From positions 62,001-126,000 of IMG/VR virus record IMGVR_UViG_3300030503_000315: a stretch of DNA of 64,000 bases; one strand, written 5' to 3'. This document shows, piece after piece, positions 19,156 to 30,300 of this stretch. Each line of letters opens with the position of its first letter. Position 1 is the stretch's first letter. The notes below the pieces were generated by a model. It worked only from the letters and a program-made list of their open reading frames with translations. It was not told where the DNA came from and made no database searches. Position numbers and translations under genes: made by a program.

Positions 19156-21008
19156 GTCATTGCACGATCCCCAGCCTTCGCTACCTTCGTTGATGCCTTA
19201 CCACCTTCCTTATAGAGAAGGACCGTAGTCTTACTTGAGAACGATGAAGCAACTTCGCCACCATCCATCTCCACTAGTGCTTCTTCCTTTTTATCTCTGT
19301 AACCAGTCCACACAACTGTCACGCCTGCAAGTTTCCCTGCCTTCGCCTTCTTAACCGTAGGTAGTGATCCGTCCACCGACAACGTTTTCCGATAGGGTTC
19401 AAACCACTTCTTGAAGAAGATCAAGCCCTCAATCAAAGCTCGCGTCGTCTTATCTGAGAATCCTTTGATTGCAAGAATTGCTTGCGAGTTCCACTTACCG
19501 AGTAATAAATCACTCATCGAAATCCCTGCATCCTCCAACAACTTCAACTTGCGTTCACCGATGCCGTTCTCGAAACATCCAGATGCAACCATCAACTTCT
19601 TCAGATTGATTTGCCTACTCAGTACTCGATGAAGTTCCTCAAGTATCTTGATCTTCAGATTGTCACCCAACTTGGCATTTTTGATGCCAGACTTTCCCCA
19701 GTCGAGTGTCTTGCAGCTCCCAAGCTCGATATAGTTGTACAGGCCGATGTAACCTACATCATACAATTTTTCGATTGTCTTCTCTGCCAGGAATTCGATT
19801 CCAAGTGTCGTCAGGAAGTGATGAATCTTCTGTACCCGCGTTGCTTTGTCCTCTTCTGCTGCGTAGAAGAACCGACCACGCAACTCGTACTCACCCGGTG
19901 GACCCTTGAACTTTGCTTTCTTCACCACACCAACGATCTTCGGGATAACACCACCCGAACGCAATACCTTGAGTATTGCGCCTCGGCCGACGCCCATATC
20001 CTTCATCCATCCCGGATTGTGCGCAGTCACATAAGTGACTGTAACTCCGTCCATCACCGTCGGCTTGATTCGAATCTTGCATGACCAACGATTCAGTCGT
20101 GTCTTCTCCCAGATTTCCTCTAGCGCTTCTACTTCCGCTGCACTTTCTTCGTCATTCAACTTGAACGCGATCACTTCCTTTGGCTTGTCTGCGCTGGCGT
20201 ACTTCATCACCCAATTGGAAGGACCTCGCACCGTGCCATCGATCTCGTACAGCGATACTTTACGACGAATCTCGAGAAACTCCTTATGATCCTCGGCGTT
20301 GAACTCAAGTTCCGTAACAATGTGATCTACTACTTGATGTCCCCACTCCATTGCATCTTGCAACCCGGAGGACAGTGCCCTTCCATACACACCAAGGACA
20401 ACCATATCGACATGCTTCAACGCTTCGTGCTGTTCCTTCTTGTTGAAGATACCGTTTACCAGATTACGTGCATTATCATACTTAGATGACCAGTATTTCT
20501 GGAACACTCTCTTCTGCATCACACCTTCAACACGAAACACGACACGATTCCGTGCCGAAATACGTTCTGGAATTCGTCCGAGCTTAACCAGCCATGGTAT
20601 GAAGAATGATATATCGCCGCCATTCGTTCCATCACCCCGGGTGATCAATCTCACAGGTTCACCGTGGTGGTAGATCAACTGAAGACTTGTGCCGTCCAGC
20701 TTGTCCATGTCGATCCAGTAGACCACCTTTCTACTGCTGGAACGTTTATAGAACTTCGTCACGTCCTCCGGATACATCTTGTTCAAACTAGGCATGAACT
20801 CTTCGAGAGGAACCTCGGTCTTCTTGTTCGCGACCTTAACACCCGTCTTCTTCAACTCTTTCCACTTCGGATCAATTCTCTTGATCTCATCTTCCAGCGA
20901 ATCGAACATTGCATCGGTCATGACAGGTTGACCGTTGTAGTAAGCTTCCTTAGCCTTCACGTACTTCTTCTTCGCAGTCTCGATATTGGAGATCCCGATA
21001 GCCATCAT
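19122..21008 (-). CDS. ligA: NAD+-dependent DNA ligase
   Basis: Domain Ia AYYNGQPVMTDAMFD, KLDG adenylation motif, IDGTV, OB domain with GGVIPKI, HhH, C-terminal BRCT (VVWTG); no Cys4 zinc finger. Confidence 0.92.
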   Translation of the reverse strand: MMAIGISNIETAKKKYVKAKEAYYNGQPVMTDAMFDSLEDEIKRIDPKWKELKKTGVKVANKKTEVPLEEFMPSLNKMYPEDVTKFYKRSSSRKVVYWIDMDKLDGTSLQLIYHHGEPVRLITRGDGTNGGDISFFIPWLVKLGRIPERISARNRVVFRVEGVMQKRVFQKYWSSKYDNARNLVNGIFNKKEQHEALKHVDMVVLGVYGRALSSGLQDAMEWGHQVVDHIVTELEFNAEDHKEFLEIRRKVSLYEIDGTVRGPSNWVMKYASADKPKEVIAFKLNDEESAAEVEALEEIWEKTRLNRWSCKIRIKPTVMDGVTVTYVTAHNPGWMKDMGVGRGAILKVLRSGGVIPKIVGVVKKAKFKGPPGEYELRGRFFYAAEEDKATRVQKIHHFLTTLGIEFLAEKTIEKLYDVGYIGLYNYIELGSCKTLDWGKSGIKNAKLGDNLKIKILEELHRVLSRQINLKKLMVASGCFENGIGERKLKLLEDAGISMSDLLLGKWNSQAILAIKGFSDKTTRALIEGLIFFKKWFEPYRKTLSVDGSLPTVKKAKAGKLAGVTVVWTGYRDKKEEALVEMDGGEVASSFSSKTTVLLYKEGGKASTKVAKAGDRAMTWEQFQKRYKL

Positions 21009-22034
21009 TCTTCCCCACAGTATAAACAAGTGTACTCGTATCTACGAGGGCTCCCGCATGTCTCGCATGGTACTACCCGGATGGCATAGGTCTCGCGCAA
21101 ATTCTTCTCTCGCTTCCTATATAGTTTACCATCCTGCTTGATCTTACGCGGACTGCGTTTCGCTTCCATCTGCATCCTCCTCTGGTGCGCACAATGTTGC
21201 AAATGCATCTGGTAGATTTTGCTCCTCCAACTGATCCCACTGAACCTCAGTCATTTCCAAACACCGACAATCCTCGGCGCGCATCAACCAGTCAGCCCAG
21301 TAGATAGTGTCGGCTTTCTTGAATTCTGGCAGGAGGAACGCGTTATCTTCCACAATAGCTTTCTCTATTGCTTCGAACTTCGTGGGATCATAAACGTAGA
21401 TATGGTAATGATCTCTCAGACGCTCTTCGGTGCAGTCAACCCACGATACGATCGCCTTCCGCCCATCCGGCAATGTATGAATCCACATGAGTGGACCATC
21501 ATAGTAGTAGTACAGCAAATCTACGTCTGTATCTGAACTTGCATGAATATCACCCGCAATAGCGGGGTCAACGGGAATTCCACGTAAAGGAATCATTTTT
21601 CTTCCTTGTCTTCGATGAGTTCAAGTTCGAACTCAGAGTAGTAACATGATATGGCGCCTCCATCAGCTAGTACCCGATACGGGTACAGGTCATCCTTTTC
21701 ATCGACGGATACGACGGTGCCTTCGCCTTGTGCCTGTGGCGGCAAGAATTTAACCCTGTCCTTCAGAGCGAACTTCATATTAATCCTGCCCGCCGCATGC
21801 GGCTTCAGCAGATACTGCGCGAGCATCGGCATCCTGTTGTGCTGCATCATGCGCTCTACGAACAAGATTGCATGCCTGTTGTCCTTCACCGTTGAAGGTC
21901 AGAAGACGAACGATTTCCACCAGTGCATTCTTCAGCTGTTGAGATCCGTGGTTGGGTCCCCACTCTTCATTCGATTCATACCCAGTGTCAGTCTCGATAC
22001 TGACCTTTACAAAACTTTTCACGATCTTGCTCAT
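21005..22034 (-). other. Hypothetical CDS run (21005..21208 with CxxC..CxxC, 21144..21596, 21593..~21785, 21780..22034)
   Basis: Tiled ORFs. Confidence 0.6.
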
Positions 22035-22213
22035 TCGATTTTCTCCTTTCCCTCATCAAGTAATTTTCGATATGCCAAAACAGCACGACGGACAACTTCG
22101 CTCATGCTATCGGCGTGTATCTCATCCCGTACTTCTTCCAACAGGGTTTTCACTTCAGGATGAAGATCAAGGTTTACCCGAACCTTGCTAACTTCTCTTG
22201 GAGGTCGGGGCAT
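22031..22213 (-). CDS. CopG/ribbon-helix-helix DNA-binding protein
   Basis: KVRVNLDL strand, helix, then SMSEVVRRAV helix. Confidence 0.78.
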   Translation of the reverse strand: MPRPPREVSKVRVNLDLHPEVKTLLEEVRDEIHADSMSEVVRRAVLAYRKLLDEGKEKIE

Positions 22214-22214
22214 G

Positions 22215-23244
22215 TTACTTCCTGTGACGGAACGACTGCTTCTTGTCGAAGCCATGAGCTTCAACCTTCTGGATATTCGTCTGTTCGACGGCAGGCATCA
22301 TGTCAGGATTATCAGAGTACAACTTACCCATAAACATGGCCAATTCCTGATAGAGTTGGTCAGCAGGGACAAATGCTGCCAGCCCGAGATCCCCCAGCGA
22401 AGGTACTCGAACCTCAACCCGCACAGTCCGGTCGTGTTGATCGTACACAAACACTGGCGCCTTAACGTGCTTGCTCAACTCCATCAATGCCGGGATTTCA
22501 TGTCCCGATTGATAGATCGAAGGAGGGCCATAACTATGTTTGATCTCCAGACGGTCGACAACGTGCCAGTCGTGAACTACTTTGCCATAGGCACCATAGA
22601 CACTGTCCACGTCACGTACACCAAGCTTCTCTTGCTGGAGAATGAACATTCGTCCTGCCACGGCTAAACTCTTGTACAGCTTTACGCTTTCACCTTCTTT
22701 AATGAAGCTGACATGCAAATAGGATCCCGTTGAGGACCAATCGTTCGGGATATGATGGAGAGACTCCTGGTCGAACTCTTTCGGGAGGCAGAAGCCACTA
22801 CCTGAAACAACACCCCGAGGATGATACGTGGCTTTCTTACCGTCTGGGTCTTCAATGATTTCCCGGTTGTAGACGAGGTTCGGATCCCCGCCACCATAGA
22901 TATGTTGGATGTAGTCGTAATAATCCTTGAACCTACTGCGGATTCTCATCACTCACTCCTTCTTTGGTTCCGGGTTCATAGTCCTGACCTGCAACGAGTT
23001 CTTCCTGATCGCCAGCAGTCTGCAACGTCATATTCTGTACTAGATCGCTCACTTGCTTGCAGGTGTGCTCAATCTCGTCTGAAAGATCCTCCATCCTTTC
23101 TTCCGCATCAAGGCGCCGGGATCGTGTCAGTCTCTCATATTTGAAAATCAGGTTCGTGTGTTTAACCTGAAGGGCAATTAGATTGGCGATCACCGCGCGT
23201 TGGTGTAACGCTGCCTGAATTCCAAGCAATGTTTGCTTATCCAT
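22215..23244 (-). other. Two hypothetical CDS (22215..22952 starting MRIRSRFKDYYD; 22933..23244)
   Basis: Tiled ORFs. Confidence 0.65.
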
Positions 23245-23247
23245 AAC

Positions 23248-23841
23248 TTACCTCGTAACGCAATGTCCGATCATGAAGGTCGGTGGTTTGGAGTGATAGT
23301 ACCGTGCGAATCGCGACTTGTCTTCTTTATACGCTCTGCGATACGCGCGCACGACCTGCCGTAATCTTTGTTCGGATGAACCCTTCGTTTTCACTTTGAG
23401 ATTTTCAGGTAGGTACTGAGGCGGCTCCGTCATATAGAAACACGGGTTCGCTTTCATCTCGGCCACTGAGATCTTCGGATGTTTGTCGTCACCGCGCTGT
23501 CGGTAGACTTTTCGGATAGCCTTGATGCCACCTACGTTATCGTACGCGCGGACCAACTTTGCCCAACCTTCGTGATCCTTCGGACCGAACCGACGCTGAT
23601 ACTCCGCATGATACTGGACGGTCAACTCAAGAAGGGCAACGAAATTAGAGAAGTCCTCCGACAACCAGATCATCAACTGCTTGCCCGGAGGAATGGGTTT
23701 CATCTCCTGAACTCCATGCCCGTGATACAACAACTGTGACAGGAGGAGCTGTGTATGCTCGGTCACCATCTTAACGCAGTGTTGGTCGCACGCATACTTT
23801 GCGCTCTTACGCGGGTCCAAATCCAGCCAGAAGATGTTCAT
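23248..23841 (-). CDS. Pyrimidine-dimer DNA glycosylase (DenV-like) family protein
   Basis: MNIFWLDLDP...CDQHCVKM..E..QLL N-terminus; PPQ..P and V.AYR..Y..DK motifs. Confidence 0.75.
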   Translation of the reverse strand: MNIFWLDLDPRKSAKYACDQHCVKMVTEHTQLLLSQLLYHGHGVQEMKPIPPGKQLMIWLSEDFSNFVALLELTVQYHAEYQRRFGPKDHEGWAKLVRAYDNVGGIKAIRKVYRQRGDDKHPKISVAEMKANPCFYMTEPPQYLPENLKVKTKGSSEQRLRQVVRAYRRAYKEDKSRFARYYHSKPPTFMIGHCVTR

Positions 23842-23873
23842 TGTTTGAAGGGGACCTCGATCCCCTACCCGTA

Positions 23874-24770
23874 TTATGCTAACTTGAGATTGGTGGCTAC
23901 CTTGATTCCCAACCGCCCTGTTATAAGGGTGCGAATCGATGTCATGCCATCCGCATGTACGTAGTTCGGCACGCCCTTCATAGAAGGCATAGTGCCTTTT
24001 ATCCAATTCGTTCCGATGGTCAGATCCATCATGCCTACCGTGTTCTTAATCCGCGTCCCACCTTCACTGCCTTCCAGGAAGTGAAGATTGAGCTTGCCTT
24101 TATATTCACCTTCGAGCATATGTCGCTGCTTCGACATTAAACCAATGATGCAGACCTTCGGAAGGGTGATGCGCTCCACCACTTCTTCTTTCTCTGGTAC
24201 ATATTCATCCGGGGACAGAACACCCGGTAAACGACGCTCGAGCACCGTATTCACTTCTTCACGTATCAGGTTCTTCAGTGTCGAAGTATCAACAGCTCTG
24301 AGGAGACGTGAGACCAACTCCTGCGCCAACATCTCGGTTGTCAAATCTTCGAGGTTGAGTTTCTTCTGATGCTGTGATTCATGCTGAGGTGGCGCCACAG
24401 GGTTGATGGCTCGCGGCCATTGTTTTGTTGTGCCATAGACCGGCGACGATTCCGGTTCCTTCCCCCGAAGATCGGTGCGAGGTTCGTCAGCCTCAGCAAC
24501 CGTCGCCTGCTCTTTTGTCAGATCGATTGTCGGCACTTTCTCCTGAGGACGGATTGATTCGCCGCGCAAGAGCTTCGGCCATGCCTCCTTCACAAAGTCC
24601 ACCTGTTGCATCTGTATCAGCTTGCGCTGCTTCTCTGCAGGCAACAGAGCTTCCATAGCACGTCGGACGCATTCAATGTCGGAGATTGCTGAGTCTGGAT
24701 TCTGACGAATCTTGAAGCTCAGTTCGGCAACTTCAAACTTGTCTTGCTTCGTCCAGGTAATACGTTCCAT
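23874..24770 (-). CDS. Hypothetical protein with a C-terminal alpha/beta domain
   Basis: 298-aa ORF; KVCIIGL..., possible DUF2325-like tail. Confidence 0.6.
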   Translation of the reverse strand: MERITWTKQDKFEVAELSFKIRQNPDSAISDIECVRRAMEALLPAEKQRKLIQMQQVDFVKEAWPKLLRGESIRPQEKVPTIDLTKEQATVAEADEPRTDLRGKEPESSPVYGTTKQWPRAINPVAPPQHESQHQKKLNLEDLTTEMLAQELVSRLLRAVDTSTLKNLIREEVNTVLERRLPGVLSPDEYVPEKEEVVERITLPKVCIIGLMSKQRHMLEGEYKGKLNLHFLEGSEGGTRIKNTVGMMDLTIGTNWIKGTMPSMKGVPNYVHADGMTSIRTLITGRLGIKVATNLKLA

Positions 24771-24844
24771 GTTTGATCCTCGATCAACTTAAGTTTGAGA
24801 TGAACTACACTGGAGACGACCCATGCCATCCCCATCTTTACCAC

Positions 24845-25170
24845 TTAATGGAAACGATACGGGTTGGCGATGAAATAGTATTGCCAGACGATTCGTGCCG
24901 CATCCTCGTTCCGCACAGGCGTGAACTCCTTCACGTCTTCAAAAACACCTTCTTCCTTCTTCACCTTCGATTCGCGGACGTACTGCAGTTCAAGTTTCGG
25001 TGCGTACTCTGCGATGGTTGCATCGATACGTTGCACCTGCTCATACTCAGGGCAACGTGGGCTGTTGATGTTCTCAGGCAGCTTCACCGCCATACGACCT
25101 GCGCAGAGGCGATGCAGATGTGCGATCGCCTTCGTTTGTTGTTCGTTCAACTCGATGCCGAGGATGTCCA
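24845..25170 (-). CDS. Hypothetical protein (probable start MDILGIEL)
   Basis: Downstream of a class A promoter, with a GGA SD. Confidence 0.55.
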
Positions 25171-25217
25171 TTTTGTAGCGTTCCTTTGAAGTTGGTTTTA
25201 TGCGCGAGGCGCATCTA

Positions 25218-25282
25218 ATTGTAACATAAACCGTGCGAACTGTCGATCCGTGCGAATCCTCGGTTGTTGTAAAAATACAACA
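25218..25282 (-). promoter_or_regulatory. Class A promoter (ATGTTACAAT plus TGTTG-N8-CAACA)
   Basis: Exact ATGTTACAAT at 25218-25227; palindrome 25265-25282; TTCGCACGG occurs twice between them. Confidence 0.72.
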
Positions 25283-25283
25283 C

Positions 25284-25559
25284 TCACATGTTGAAGTGAG
25301 AATCACGGGCACGCTTCCCAATCCTCAGGACTAGGATTACATCCCGCACGACGTCACTTACGGTGATCCAGTTTTCAATCATATTGTGATCGAACGCGAG
25401 GCCGTACTTGGGGAAATCGAATTCGTCCTCCACCAAGGAGGCAAGCTCGAAAATATCTATCGAATCAAACTTCAGGTCTTCGGCAAGCTTCGATGACAGC
25501 TGTGGTTCGACTGCCGGGTTGAACAGCTTGACCAGCTTCAACACTTCATCCGGTTCCAT
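25284..25559 (-). CDS. Acyl carrier protein
   Basis: LAEDLKFDSIDIFELASLVEDEF phosphopantetheine-Ser motif; acidic, 91 aa; ITVSDVV helix. Confidence 0.82.
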   Translation of the reverse strand: MEPDEVLKLVKLFNPAVEPQLSSKLAEDLKFDSIDIFELASLVEDEFDFPKYGLAFDHNMIENWITVSDVVRDVILVLRIGKRARDSHFNM

Positions 25560-25568
25560 GATGGTCCT

Positions 25569-25829
25569 CTACAGTTGAGGAATGTCGCCGATCTTTTCCT
25601 GAAGACTTTTCTGGATACCATCCAAGTCCTGCAGAAATTTCTGACCGTGATCCATTACCTGGAATGGTAGACCGCGACACACGACTATCTGCTTGAGGAA
25701 CAACTCAACTGCTTCTGTCACCGATATGCCTCGTTCCATCAGAACGATCGTTGCTTCCGACTTCAACTTCGAGTCGATCCGAACGTGGATCGATGCATCT
25801 CTCAACTTCAATTTGGTTGTGGCGGCCAT
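25569..25829 (-). CDS. RelB/DinJ-family antitoxin-like RHH protein (orphan)
   Basis: IHVRIDSKLKSEA..VL...GIS.TEAVELFLKQIV..RGLPF. Confidence 0.85.
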   Translation of the reverse strand: MAATTKLKLRDASIHVRIDSKLKSEATIVLMERGISVTEAVELFLKQIVVCRGLPFQVMDHGQKFLQDLDGIQKSLQEKIGDIPQL

Positions 25830-25839
25830 GGTTGAATCC

Positions 25840-26891
25840 TCAAAAGTGTAGACCAAGCATTGTACGTTCGGTGGCGGTCAGCAGTTCCTTCGCCTTGTTC
25901 TTCACAGCTTCCTTTTTCTTTCGCTCTTCTTGTTCGGCCAAGATCACAATCTCCTGAGCTTTGAAGAGATCCACAACGTGCTCCCAGGTATTCTCTGAAC
26001 TTTCGATGTTCAGTATAACTCTATCATGCTCTCCTCTGACGATCCTAGATTTGTCTATGATCTTGGGTAGATCAAACCATACTCCTAATGATTTGCCCCA
26101 AGGCCCGCTCTGGTTATTGTAGAGTGCATCCTCTGCACCTTCTACGAACCCAAAGTCAATCATATGGCCACCTATTTCCTCACACCTTGGATCCTCCAGG
26201 AGGTTCAATCGCCGGGCTTCAACCAGCAGATCGAACAGGCGAATCTTCATCTTGTTTCTTCGGGCCTTCTCTTCGGGTGTCAGCTTACCACCCTTTCGAA
26301 CGATGTTAATTTTCTTAACCACCTTCGTCGTTTTCTTCGCTGTCGTGGGCATCATAACCTCATGAGAATATTTGCTCTAACTCCATTCGGGATTCAACAC
26401 TCTTCTTGACAGGATAACGTTCGTCCATCCATCCCTTCAACTTTCGGATTGCATGCCGGTGCGAGTTTGCAGTGAACCCGGACTCAATGACTACGCGTTT
26501 CAACCCCGCAACTTCCTTCAGAATTGTCGTGCGGTAGTTCTGAGCCTCAACATGAACCATGATGACAGAGAGATCATCCTGACGCAACCAGTACTTCCTT
26601 ATTACCTTAGGCTTCTTGATATCATCCATATTTACTTTCCTTAAATGAGATGATAGCATTGATGTACGACTGGTTGGGTGTCGGTAGATCCTCGGTGTAT
26701 TGGTTATCGACCAACCACTGCTCAATCATCTCGATTGCTTTCTCTTCGTCCCTCTCAAAGTAAAGCTGTACTGGCTCGCAATCTGAGGAACCTCGAAAGA
26801 ACATATTGACGAAACGTTGCCCCAACCTTTGGTGGTCGCTTGCATTCAACCTGTGATAGTTGACAAACTTATCTAACGCTTGGTGCGACAT
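25840..26891 (-). other. Hypothetical CDS (25840..26352 with a K-rich N-terminus, 26360..26629, 26622..26891)
   Basis: Tiled ORFs. Confidence 0.6.
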
Positions 26892-26899
26892 TACAACCT

Positions 26900-27163
26900 C
26901 TACCAGTAACGATTCTGCTTGGGCACCCAGAATGGGTCCGCCTTCTCTTTTGCCTCACCCAGGATTGCCCATGCGAGTACGAGGCACCACCCGATGAAGG
27001 TCCAACCAATTGCAAGATTCAAGACAAACACCTGTCCTACACATTGATGCTTACGTTTCATCGCAATCAAAAACGGGAGGAAGTACGTTGCAGTGCCACC
27101 CAACGCACCACCAGCCAGGATGAATGCTATTACAACTCCAATCTCTACTAGATCTAGTGCCAT
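26900..27163 (-). CDS. Imm-family superinfection immunity membrane protein
   Basis: YFLPFLIA.KRKH....VFVLNL.IGWTFIGW..VLAWA. Confidence 0.88.
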   Translation of the reverse strand: MALDLVEIGVVIAFILAGGALGGTATYFLPFLIAMKRKHQCVGQVFVLNLAIGWTFIGWCLVLAWAILGEAKEKADPFWVPKQNRYW

Positions 27164-27164
27164 T

Positions 27165-27320
27165 TTAATTCCCCGAATTAAGTTTATGTGCTTCTTCCCA
27201 ACCTTGTCGCCACCATGTCCACACCATGCGATGGTCGAGCATTCGGTGTGGATTGTCACTCAACAACTTGCCCTCGCAAAATGCAAGGAAGCCCGCATCA
27301 TAGATTTCTCTCTTAGTCAT
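27165..27320 (-). CDS. Rmf-like small protein
   Basis: YDAGFLAFCEG...DNPH...WWRQGWEEA; start at ATG 27320 with a GGAG SD. Confidence 0.5.
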   Translation of the reverse strand: MTKREIYDAGFLAFCEGKLLSDNPHRMLDHRMVWTWWRQGWEEAHKLNSGN

Positions 27321-30300
27321 TACTTCTCCAATGATCGAATCTACCAATCTCTCCTTCGTGAGGCCGAAACGAATTCCTAACACCACCTCCTGCATTCTCG
27401 AGTGAATCGTACAGTTCATCCGTCACGAAAACACGACATATATCAGATGCGCGGGAATATTCATCATAATCCCCTAGTGATTCCTGTCGTTTTATTTCTC
27501 GATCTAAAGCTTCCTTGGAAATAGCGTAGGTGTAGCCATCGGCTCGATGACCACATCCACGTTCATACTCTGTCCAGGTACAACGATGTAAAAGTAAAAG
27601 CCTCGGAACTTTGCTTCCCTCCGTTTTTATTTCTGTTTTCTCCGTCTCTACCACCGTGCGCTGCACCTTATCTCGTTCAAGACGAGCAAGAACAACAGCA
27701 ACAATATCAGGATGTGCCTGACACGTAACACGAAGGTGTGGCAATTTTTCGACAACGGTCGCAGACCACACCATATCACCGTGCTCACTTACGAGTATCA
27801 GGGGGTCGACCTGACCAACGATTGCATGAGAGTACCACTCTGCTCCGGAACGAAGAGGATGTGATTCTGACATCGAAACAACTACGTCACCTACCTTCAT
27901 TCTACTTCTCCTAATGTTGAATCGCAGGTCATACGGAGGCTTCCCAATCAGAACGCTTGTATGCCTGGTTGAGAATCCTGTCATACCCGACAACCCTGGC
28001 CTTGTTCCGGATTTGTATATCTTCCCACCACTTCTTGTCCTCGCCATGAAACACGAAGGTTGGGATATCTGTTTCCTTCCCGTCCTCAGTCTTGTCCCAT
28101 GAGTATTCAGCTACAAGCTTGTCCCTCAGAGTAATCGTCTTGGTATCCCCATGGAAAATAACAATGTCGTAACCATTGAAGTTATACTCATACAGGAAGT
28201 GAAGCAACCGTCCTATGCACTGGCCACGATAGTTTCCGTACATGTCATTTCTCCTTGAACATATCACCAAAGTTCTCGAATGCTTTGCCCATATGGTCGA
28301 ACGCCTTGCCCATCTCTTTGAATCCTGCGTCGAATGCTTTTTCCTCTTCCTCAGTCATCTCTCGGGTTTCGACAGTTTTCGTGGTTTCCGTTCTGCCACC
28401 AACCGTGCGTTCAATCTTCTTGAAGATTCGAAACATTTTCCACCCAACCATGCTTGGTTAAAAACTCTTGCGTAAAGACAGAGCCGTAGGCATCGGTACC
28501 GCCTTGCATGACAGCAAGGCTCAAACGTGCTGACTTAGCTGCACGGTCTAGATGAATTCCCATACCTATGCTTGTATCCCTTTGAAGCTGAGCTTCACAA
28601 AGCTTTGCTCGCTCTTCCGTTGCGTGTTCCGCGATGCCTCGCAGGCTCATATGTCTACGCAAACTAACAAGACCATTGATGGCGGAAGCCGCTGCATCGT
28701 TGAGCTTTACTACTTTAGTCACTTCCTCAAAATTCGATTGATCCGCAAGGTGCGATACACATTGCTTGAGAATCTCTTCGTCTGACAGATCGCCTTTCTT
28801 CTGTTGATCGATAGCGAACTCATAGACGAACTGCACGTCATCAGACCGCCCACTCGAACCCTGCGGAAACATTTTTTCGAAATTGATCTTCATCATTTCA
28901 CCTTTAGACATTTGCCGGTGACGTTTGCGTTATTTTCCAGCTCGTGTGCCTGTTTGTAAACTTCTGCATAAGCAGATTGGCACGTTTCGACCGAAGGATA
29001 ATCATGTTCAACATGAACCATCGAAGAGACCGGAAAACCACTATACATAATCGTTGCTATCAACACTACCATGGTAGCTCCTCCCATGTTGATCTCCTAT
29101 TGAATGTCAACCCGGTAACAAACCCGATCTTTGATCGAACGATACGCCATCTTCAAGAACGTCTCACGATTCTGTCGTTGAAGCTTGCGGAGCAACTTTG
29201 CTTCCCTCTTCAACCTCTTGCGCTCCTGCTTTGCTTCAAGCAAAGAATAACCACTTCTATAGTTATACGCGCGTCGCCTGAGATACTTTGGTAGCGCGTC
29301 GATTAGGAGATACAAAATATACATAGCCACAATGAAAATGTTTAACACGGTACCCGCGTTTGACCAAGGTGTATCGTGACACTCCTTGAAGAATGTACAG
29401 AGGATGTAGTGTTTGAGTGCATAATACTCCGACAACATGATTACTGCTACGAGCATTATACATGCTAATGTAACCATTACTGAACAGAAGATTCCCAGAA
29501 TGACACGTCGCACGTATGAACAGAAATCATTTTCGATTGACACCTCACCTTCGTAGTGAGGTTTACCATCCTCCCAGATGGAATACTTTTCCTCACGTCG
29601 ATATTTCTTCCAGCCGAAAGCTTCAGCCAACCAATAGTGCCAGGAACCTTGCTCGATGCGTATGCCTTTCATTGCCCTACCCCTTTGAGGAAATTTTGTT
29701 GAACTGCGTGGCCATAGTTCTGCGGTCGTTCCCAATCCCATCCGACCCAACCGAAGGTATATGCTGGCATTTGGTTTGGAAGTCCGTAACCCCGGTTCTT
29801 GCCAACTGCGCGTCCTCTACGCTTCATGTATGAGATTGCGTAGTTGACGTCCTGGGTCTGAAGAAGACCCAGCTCTTCACCCTCATGTGAAAAACAGATA
29901 TACAGCTTGTTGTTGCCTAGTACAGGAAATGCAACACCCTCTACCATTGTACGAATGACTTTCGCCAAGTGCGGTCCAGCACAATCGATTGCCTGCTGCA
30001 ACACAGGATCCTGTTCAAGAATGTTCATTGTCATTCTCCGAATCAGTATCATTCGAATCCAATAATGGATTCGCGGGCTTCTGAGCATCACGACCCGGCT
30101 TACCCAGAAGCCATTTACGAATCTTTGCTGCCTCAACTTCATTGCCCTCGTGCTCATACGCAAGCAGCCAAGCTTCATCGAGCGAGTTCGTATCGAGAAT
30201 ACGTTTGATTGTCATGCTCTCCTTATCCGTTAAGATATCCGCATCATCCGCATCAAGCTCTTCGAGAATTTTCTCGCAGCGCCGATGTATGACACTTAGA

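Noticed and set aside
25284-26355. Complete RelBE-type TA module
   Set aside because: Neither neighbour of the RelB-like gene shows RelE/YafQ/ParE features.
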